DNA of 64,000 nucleotides from an uncultured Staphylococcus sp. GTDB lineage: Bacteria; Bacteroidota; Bacteroidia; Bacteroidales; Muribaculaceae. Shown here piece by piece: positions 57,596-64,000 of the stretch. The position numbers and the translations under genes were made by a program. The first letter of the stretch is position 1; each line of letters begins with the position of its first letter. The notes beneath the pieces are model-generated. The model was not told where the DNA came from. It ran no database searches and was given only the letters and a program-made list of their open reading frames with translations. The DNA is taken from NCBI GenBank assembly GCA_964619395.1, contig CAZUEY010000001.1, positions 7,650 through 71,649 on the forward strand, written 5' to 3'.

Positions 57596-58549
57596 ATGAG
57601 AAATATTTTATACGCTATTGCACTTATATTCCTGACTTTTCCTATCCACGCGCAGTCTGTCAAAAAGATTGATTACGGTGATTTCTCCAACTGGGTCACA
57701 AGGAAAATCAAGGAGTCTGCACTTATCGGTGGCCAGGAGCGGACGATTTATGAGATAGCACCCCGAAAGACCATTATTGGAAATAAACCCTACAGCAATA
57801 TGGGTGGCTCTCCTTGGGCTACGAGCAACGTCTATGCCAAAGTGTCAGGTATCACCAAAACTTCTAATGCGGTGTATCCTTTCGATCGTGGCAATGGCAA
57901 TACTTGTGCAAAGCTCACGACCCAGATGGAGAGGGTGAAGGTGTTGGGACTCATCAATATGGATGTCATGGTGGCCGGATCTATGTTTCTCGGTCAGATG
58001 TTTGAGCCAATTACCTCTACGAAAAATCCTTACTCCAAAATGGAGATGGGGATTCCTTTCACCGGTCGCCCCAAGGCTTTGGTATTTGATTATAAGGTTG
58101 ATATGCCTAATGTCAATACCAGAGTAAAGTCTACTGGTTTTGGCTCAAAGAAGACTCTCCCCGGCAGAGATCAGGCTGTGGTTTTTGTGATGCTCCAGAG
58201 GAGATGGGAAGATGCCTCCGGAGGGTTGCACGCAAAACGTGTTGCCACCGGTGGTGTACATTTTAATAATTCATCTCAGTGGGTCAATGGTTTTAATCTT
58301 CCTCTTCATTATGGCGATTTAACGAAAACAGGTAACTTTACGAGTTATCTTGGCCTTCGCCAAGGTGATAAGGCCTACTATGCCCGCAATTCCAAGGGGA
58401 AAATGGTCCCTGTCATCGAAGAGGGGTGGGACGATGCCGATGCCACTCCCACTCATGCCATTGTGATGTTTTCTTCCGGAAACGGCGACCCGTATATCGG
58501 CACCGAGGGTCTTACCTTCTATGTCGATAATGTTGGTTTCAAATACTGA
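57596..58549 (+). CDS. Exported PCMD (putative carbohydrate metabolism domain) protein
   Basis: Signal peptide; 'WATSN', 'AGSMFLG', 'GIPFTGRPKAL.FDYK', 'PTHAIVMFSS', 'FYVDNV'. Confidence 0.75.
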   Translation: MRNILYAIALIFLTFPIHAQSVKKIDYGDFSNWVTRKIKESALIGGQERTIYEIAPRKTIIGNKPYSNMGGSPWATSNVYAKVSGITKTSNAVYPFDRGNGNTCAKLTTQMERVKVLGLINMDVMVAGSMFLGQMFEPITSTKNPYSKMEMGIPFTGRPKALVFDYKVDMPNVNTRVKSTGFGSKKTLPGRDQAVVFVMLQRRWEDASGGLHAKRVATGGVHFNNSSQWVNGFNLPLHYGDLTKTGNFTSYLGLRQGDKAYYARNSKGKMVPVIEEGWDDADATPTHAIVMFSSGNGDPYIGTEGLTFYVDNVGFKY

Positions 58550-58557
58550 TTTTACCG

Positions 58558-59274
58558 ATGGGTCGTTTTGATTTCAAGCAGTTCACTGTCGACGATTCTC
58601 AATGTGCGATGAAGGTGGGTACTGACGCAGTGATTTTAGGTTGCTGGGTCTCAATCCCTGAAGATGCACAAATTCTTGATGCCGGATGTGGCTGCGGGAT
58701 TCTTGCCCTCATGATGGCCCAGCGGTCAGCCAAGTCAAAAATATTAGCTGTTGATATTGATGAAAAGGCCTGTGAGGATGCACGGAATAATGTGGCTAAT
58801 TCACCTTGGATCGATAGGGTAGAGGTGGTTTGTGCCGACCTGACCACCCGAACGCCTGCTCTGGAATCACCGAAGTTGATAATTTCCAATCCGCCGTTTT
58901 TCAAAGAGACTTTAAGGTCATCTGACAGATCAAGAGCATTAGCGCGCCACGGTGAGTCGTTTGACGTGTTGAAATTGATTGATTTATGTGAACCATATTT
59001 GTCGTCTGCTTCTGACTCGGTGGCCTTTATTGCCCCCGCTGAAAGAGATGAGGAAATCGAGTTCTATTTGAGTCTCAAAAAGTTGGATGTCAACAGGAAA
59101 ATGTATGTGAAGTCAAAGGAGGGTCGCCCCCCATATAGAATCCTGTGGCAGGTAGGACGCCAACTCTCCTCACCGACCGAAATCGCTGAGTTGGTGATTC
59201 GTAACAGCGATGGGATGTATACTTCCCAATATGTCGATCTTACATCAGAATTTTATACCCATTTGAACCCGTGA
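58558..59274 (+). CDS. tRNA1(Val) A37 N6-methyltransferase (YfiC/TrmN6-like)
   Basis: 'FDFKQF', 'MKVGTDAVILG', 'LDAGCGCG', 'SNPPFF'. Confidence 0.88.
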   Translation: MGRFDFKQFTVDDSQCAMKVGTDAVILGCWVSIPEDAQILDAGCGCGILALMMAQRSAKSKILAVDIDEKACEDARNNVANSPWIDRVEVVCADLTTRTPALESPKLIISNPPFFKETLRSSDRSRALARHGESFDVLKLIDLCEPYLSSASDSVAFIAPAERDEEIEFYLSLKKLDVNRKMYVKSKEGRPPYRILWQVGRQLSSPTEIAELVIRNSDGMYTSQYVDLTSEFYTHLNP

Positions 59275-60173
59275 TGTTTATGATAAGTCCTAATAATTAT
59301 ACCAAAGTATACCCACTTAAAGGATTTGCTATCCTATTTCTATGTCTCTTCCTTTTCTCCCTGGTTGGAGTGTTGTTGATAGGGATTGTGAACGGGGGAG
59401 AAGTGACCACGGCTTCTCTGAGGGTTTCCGCGGTGATTCAGGATTGTTTTATCTTTCTGTTGCCGGCGTTAGTAACAGCCTTGATAATGACTGCTTTACC
59501 CGCAAAATTCCTCTCACTTGACTCTCTTTTCACTCCCACCCAACTCTTACTTGCCTTGCTCTGCATCATTGTCTCGATGCCTGCAATGAATCTGATCGTA
59601 AAACTCAATTCCGAATTGGTATTACCTGAGTCGCTCCATTCTCTGGAGATGTGGATGCGAGCTTCTGAAGATAAGGCTCAGGCTTCAGTAACAACTCTTT
59701 TGGGCGCTCCTACATATACATCTTTGGTCATCGACATTTTGATAGTAGGTGTGCTTGCTGGGCTTAGTGAAGAGATTTTCTTCAGAGGTGCGATTCTTAA
59801 ACTCTTTAGGATTTCCTCGATGAATATTCACTTAGCAATCTGGTTGACAGCTCTGATATTCACTACTTTCCACCTCCAGTTCTATGGATTTGTACCTCGT
59901 CTGCTCCTCGGAGCTTATTTCGGTTATCTCGTTTATTGGTCAGGCTCTATATGGCTTCCCATACTCACTCATATCTTTAATAATTCTCTTGTGGTTGTTA
60001 CCATGTGGATGTCTCAAAGAGAAGGGGAAGAGGCTATGAGCAATATCACACATTTTGGTGAGACATCTTTCACCTTGATTATTGCTTCGATCATCCTAAC
60101 GGCCTGTGTTATAAAATACCTTGTAAGAACTCAACGCATTGAACGGAGTGAAAGTAGTGAAACGCTTAAATAG
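59271..60173 (+). CDS. CPBP (CAAX/Abi) intramembrane metalloprotease
   Basis: 'EEIFFRG', 'FTTFH', 'HIFNN'; multiple TM segments. Start position uncertain. Confidence 0.88.
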   Translation: MMFMISPNNYTKVYPLKGFAILFLCLFLFSLVGVLLIGIVNGGEVTTASLRVSAVIQDCFIFLLPALVTALIMTALPAKFLSLDSLFTPTQLLLALLCIIVSMPAMNLIVKLNSELVLPESLHSLEMWMRASEDKAQASVTTLLGAPTYTSLVIDILIVGVLAGLSEEIFFRGAILKLFRISSMNIHLAIWLTALIFTTFHLQFYGFVPRLLLGAYFGYLVYWSGSIWLPILTHIFNNSLVVVTMWMSQREGEEAMSNITHFGETSFTLIIASIILTACVIKYLVRTQRIERSESSETLK

Positions 60174-60263
60174 TGTTAAGGTTGCATAATTTGAGAATTA
60201 TATAAGGTAACTTTGTAAGTTGATTTTTATACCCAAACGTATCTGTAAAGATCTATCCTAAAT

Positions 60264-61673
60264 ATGTCACGTAAAAGAAAAGAACTACCGGTTCTGGAGA
60301 ATGTTGAAATATCCGATGTCGCCGCCGAAGGGAATGCTTTGGCAAGAGTCGATGATTTTGTCGTGTTCATTCCCTTTGGTGCTCCCGGCGACGTCGTCGA
60401 TATTAAAGTTGACAAGAAGAAAAAGAATTATGCCGAAGCCCACATCATAAATCTTAAAAGTCCGTCTCCCGTCAGAGTCACTCCTCGTTGTGAGCATTTT
60501 ACTATATGTGGAGGATGCCGATGGCAGCATCTTCCCTATGAGATCCAACTGAAGTGTAAGCAGAAAAATGTTGAGGATGCTCTGACGAGAATTGCCAAAA
60601 TCGAACTACCCGAGATTTCGCCTATCCTTGGCTCAGAGTCAATCTGGGAATATCGCAATAAAATGGAGTATACATTCTCTAACAAAATGTGGCTCACTTT
60701 TGAAGAGTTGAACTCCGGGCGAGAGTTCCCCGACCGTCGGGCAGCAGGTTTTCACATTTCGGGAGCGTTTGACAAGGTTCTCGATATTAAGAAGTGTCAT
60801 CTCCAGGAGAATGTCGGCAACCGACTCCGTCTCTTTGTCAAGGAATTCGGTAAGGAGAAGGGATTGTCGTTCTACGATCTGCGTGAGCAGAAGGGTTTCC
60901 TCCGTACACTTATTATCCGAATTACCTCTACCGGCGAGATTATGGCTGTAATGGTGGTTGGTGAAGAAGATGCCGAGTCTATCAATCTGCTCATGACAGC
61001 AATAGCCGAAAATTTCCCTGAGATAACCTCTCTGATGTATGTCGTGAATACCAAGGTTAACGATACGATTTCAGATCAGGAGATTGTTCTCTTTAAAGGA
61101 CGCGATTGGATTGAGGAGAAGATGGAGGATCTGAAATTCAAGATTGGCCCCAAGTCTTTCTATCAGACCAATTCTCGTCAGGCATATCATCTTTACTCTG
61201 TAGCTCGCGAGTTTGCAGACCTTAATGGTGATGAACTGGTCTATGACCTTTATACAGGCACAGGCACCATCGCTTGTTTCGTTGCAAACAGTTGTAAGAA
61301 GGTGATAGGCATCGAATATGTGAAGGAGGCAATTGATGATGCCAAAGTCAATGCCGCGGCTAATGGACTGGACAACACTGAGTTTTATGCAGGCGATATG
61401 AAGGATGTCCTCACGTCTGATTTCATCGAGAGTCATGGGCGCCCCGACGTTATGATCATTGATCCCCCAAGAGCCGGAATGCATGAAGATGTGGTTAACG
61501 TTATATTGTCTGCAGCTCCTGAGAGGATTGTCTATGTCAGTTGCAACCCCTCGACTCAAGCAAGAGATCTCGCTCTACTTGATGGTATGTATAAGGTAGT
61601 GGCCGTGCAACCTGTTGATATGTTCCCTCATACTCAACATGTTGAGAACGTTGTGAAACTCATCCGCCGATAA
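60264..61673 (+). CDS. rlmD: 23S rRNA (uracil1939-C5)-methyltransferase
   Basis: TRAM domain, 'CEHF..CGGC', 'SFYQTN', 'DPPRAG', 'YVSCNP', 'DMFPHT.HVE'. Confidence 0.95.
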   Translation: MSRKRKELPVLENVEISDVAAEGNALARVDDFVVFIPFGAPGDVVDIKVDKKKKNYAEAHIINLKSPSPVRVTPRCEHFTICGGCRWQHLPYEIQLKCKQKNVEDALTRIAKIELPEISPILGSESIWEYRNKMEYTFSNKMWLTFEELNSGREFPDRRAAGFHISGAFDKVLDIKKCHLQENVGNRLRLFVKEFGKEKGLSFYDLREQKGFLRTLIIRITSTGEIMAVMVVGEEDAESINLLMTAIAENFPEITSLMYVVNTKVNDTISDQEIVLFKGRDWIEEKMEDLKFKIGPKSFYQTNSRQAYHLYSVAREFADLNGDELVYDLYTGTGTIACFVANSCKKVIGIEYVKEAIDDAKVNAAANGLDNTEFYAGDMKDVLTSDFIESHGRPDVMIIDPPRAGMHEDVVNVILSAAPERIVYVSCNPSTQARDLALLDGMYKVVAVQPVDMFPHTQHVENVVKLIRR

Positions 61674-61764
61674 GAAGGTGTTATAGGCTCCTTTCCTGAA
61701 TTCTTGCCGGTCCGGAAGATTGGCGAGAAAGTTTTGTTATGTCCCATATGAATAGGGGAGGAGT

Positions 61765-61801
61765 AAAAAAAAGCGCCCTCTGCATCACGCAGTGGAACGC
61801 T
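61765..61801 (-). terminator. Intrinsic terminator (minus orientation)
   Basis: GC-rich hairpin followed by T8 on the minus strand. Confidence 0.75.
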
Positions 61802-62013
61802 CGAAATATAATCATCAATTCTAATTATCGGTAGAAGTTTTTCTCAAACTATTTATTTTCAATCAATTGAACTTTGCAGATCTTTTGATTGGTAAACCGT
61901 TGTAAAATCGATGGAGGAGATAGGAAAATTACGGTAAACTATGATTTGAAATTTTATGGTATTGAGTAAGGTAAAAGACGTAAAATGAAATTATTGATGT
62001 AATCTCGTTTTGA
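61765..62013 (-). ncRNA. Candidate small RNA (~250 nt)
   Basis: Minus-strand promoter TTG-N20-TAACTTTG (62049-62019); no ORF in the body; ends in AGCGTTCCACTGCGTGATGCAGAGGGCGC + T8. Confidence 0.55.
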
Positions 62014-62310
62014 CAATGCAAAGTTACTACAATAATTTATTGTGCACAAGTTATTTAACGCATATTATATTCAAAATTTCTATATTTAACATATCGTTGC
62101 TGTATAATCGCTATTTAACATAATATTTTACTAAAAAATTCTTTAATTCACTTTTCATAGCGGGTGAGCCAACATTTAGAAATATTGTCGCGGGATAGGA
62201 TAGACTCCTTATTTCGTGGCAGGATGATTTCTCGACATGTTTATACACATTATTTTATTAAGTGTGTGCTTCTTCATGATAAGTCACAGTACTACGACCG
62301 CTTCTTGTCA

Positions 62311-62510
62311 AGGATTAAATTTTCGGAACCTATAATGATAATCATTCTGAGAACCAAATTTTCGCGCAGATGATGCGGTGTCATACTGAGGATTCAATTT
62401 TCGGAACCTATTATGATAATCAGTCTGAGGATCAAATTTTCTAAAGGATGCAACGGCGTTATTCCTGAAATTCAATTTTCGGATGGCAATAAGATTGTTG
62501 AGCCAAATTT
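62311..62510. repeat. Degenerate ~39-bp tandem repeat array (4 clear units + 1-2 decayed)
   Basis: Units start at 62311, 62350, 62389, 62428 and 62468 and share a core like CTG-AGGATYMAATTTTCG; units 1 and 3 are 36/39 identical. Confidence 0.8.
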
Positions 62511-62839
62511 TTTATTTTCGCATGATCATAAGATAATCTCTTCCGTAATCAACATGTCGTGAGATTTTACAATATGGATGTCCAGAACCCGTTTACCGGG
62601 CCATCATTCAGATTTATCAAATAATTATCAAAATGGACTAACAATTTACTCATAATTGATATTATGTTAAATAGAGATTTAAAGCTTTATGGAAAGTATT
62701 CCTGAGAATTCTATCTATACAGAATTATTTCACCCTCCCCCTCATATTCTAAATTTCTTCATGCTTTCCCCTGTCCATGCAAATGATTTGTCAGATGGTA
62801 ATCTATTTGAGAGATGCGAGCTTTGAGGGTTATTCGACT

Positions 62840-64000
62840 TTACCGGAAATCTTTTTGTAATTTTTTGTTAAGCTGTGATGGAGTCAATTTTTCAGGATAT
62901 TCTGAAAAATTCAGTCTAAGATCGCATCCTTGATTGTATCGACTGCATCCGTAGGCTGTTCTCCCTTTAAGGATTGTACCTTCTCCGCAAAGTGGACATT
63001 TAATATTTTCAAATTTTGTGATTCGCGGAGCACGAGGGGCTTTAGTTTTCTCAGATTTTTTACTATCCCCTTTTGGGGCAGTCTCTTTCTTACTATTTAA
63101 TCCTATTTTATTATCGATCTGTATCTTAGAACTCGAATTATCTGAGATTACATTTGTAACTATCTGATTTATAAGCGCTTTTATTTCAGAGATAAACTCA
63201 GATGCAGAGTATTCGCCCTTCTCGATCCTTCGCAGTTTGTTTTCCCAGATACCTGTGAGCTTCGCACTCTTTAACAATTCCTCGTTTATGGCAGATATAA
63301 GATCTATTCCAGCCTGTGTGACAAGGATTGACTTTCGGTTTCGTTGGATATAACGACGTTTGAAGAGAGTTTCGATAATTGATGCACGAGTCGAAGGCCT
63401 TCCAATACCATTTTCCTTCATCGCTTCTCGAATACTCTCGTCGTCAACTGTTTTGCCGGCAGTCTCCATTGCCCTGAGGAGTGTTCCTTCTGTGTAGGGT
63501 TTTGGAGGTTGTGTTGTTCGTTTTGCTATTGAGGGGTTATGAGGCCCCTTCTCCCCTACCTTAAATTCCGGGAGAATCTTGTCATCACTCTCTTCTCCCT
63601 CCTTATCTTGCTCTACATCAGTAGAATTTCCTCCATAGACAGCCCTCCACCCGGGCTCATCTATAACTTTACCGTTGGCCTTAAAACTGGTATCATCTAC
63701 TTTGGCAATCACTGTGGTGGCAAGGAAGCTGCAGTCGGGATAAAAAGCGGCAATAAATCGCTGGGCGATAAGATGATAAAGCAAACGTTCCTTCCCTACC
63801 AGTACTGATGGAGATTGTCCTGTAGGGATTATGGCATGGTGGTCAGTCACCTTTGAGTTGTCAAACACTCGCTTTTTCTTCGGCAGTTTTTCTTTCAGAA
63901 TCCTCTCTGTGAGATTAGCATATGGTGTCATCTGCCGGAGAATTCCCGGCACCTTCGCATATATATCCTCTGAAAGATAAGTTGTGTCGACACGTGGATA
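62840..64000 (-). CDS. topB: DNA topoisomerase III, C-terminal part (5' truncated by window)
   Basis: Frame is open to the window edge, starting 'YPRVDT' (catalytic Tyr); 'VTDHHAIIPT', 'GIGRPSTRA', 'LTGIWE', C-terminal zinc ribbon. Confidence 0.93.
   Translation of the reverse strand, partial: YPRVDTTYLSEDIYAKVPGILRQMTPYANLTERILKEKLPKKKRVFDNSKVTDHHAIIPTGQSPSVLVGKERLLYHLIAQRFIAAFYPDCSFLATTVIAKVDDTSFKANGKVIDEPGWRAVYGGNSTDVEQDKEGEESDDKILPEFKVGEKGPHNPSIAKRTTQPPKPYTEGTLLRAMETAGKTVDDESIREAMKENGIGRPSTRASIIETLFKRRYIQRNRKSILVTQAGIDLISAINEELLKSAKLTGIWENKLRRIEKGEYSASEFISEIKALINQIVTNVISDNSSSKIQIDNKIGLNSKKETAPKGDSKKSEKTKAPRAPRITKFENIKCPLCGEGTILKGRTAYGCSRYNQGCDLRLNFSEYPEKLTPSQLNKKLQKDFR

Noticed and set aside
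61630-61700. Integrated element at the rlmD 3' end (a known ICE target in other phyla)
   Set aside because: No integrase and no duplicated rlmD 3' sequence downstream.
62371-62373. Selenocysteine read-through at a TGA aligned with TGC
   Set aside because: No convincing SECIS hairpin, no redox motif, and no evidence the ORF is real.
62311-62510. Canonical CRISPR array
   Set aside because: The constant part is short and degenerate, the variable parts are ~20 nt and related to each other, and there are no cas genes in the window. Kept only as a repeat.

Overview
A ~64 kb stretch of mostly core chromosome from a Bacteroidales bacterium. The taxon is inferred from Bacteroidota-type TAnnTTTG (-7) promoters and Bacteroidota-typical gene families; a Muribaculaceae-like origin is a guess. 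It holds about 53 genes: tamB (partial), a tricorn-like S41 protease, sod, a hemerythrin/LuxR pair, folE, tpiA, purT, folP-cdaA, gyrB, rnr, ruvC, class II B12-dependent nrdJ, an Omp85-barrel/EptA pair, comF-recX-prmC, a DUF4465 lipoprotein, fumarase, mutS2, tilS, rmuC, a compact lplA-gcvT-H-PA-PB-lpd operon, menD, an AmgK/RapZ-CTD fusion with a MurU-like partner, radA, rlmD and topB (partial). I saw no rRNA, tRNA, canonical CRISPR array, cas gene, integrase or transposase. The most notable unexplained signals are non-coding: two ORF-free, promoter-to-hairpin units that look like sRNA genes (~11.3-11.5 kb on +, ~61.8-62.0 kb on -) and a degenerate 39-bp repeat array beside the second one. All protein calls come from motif recognition by eye, not database searches.
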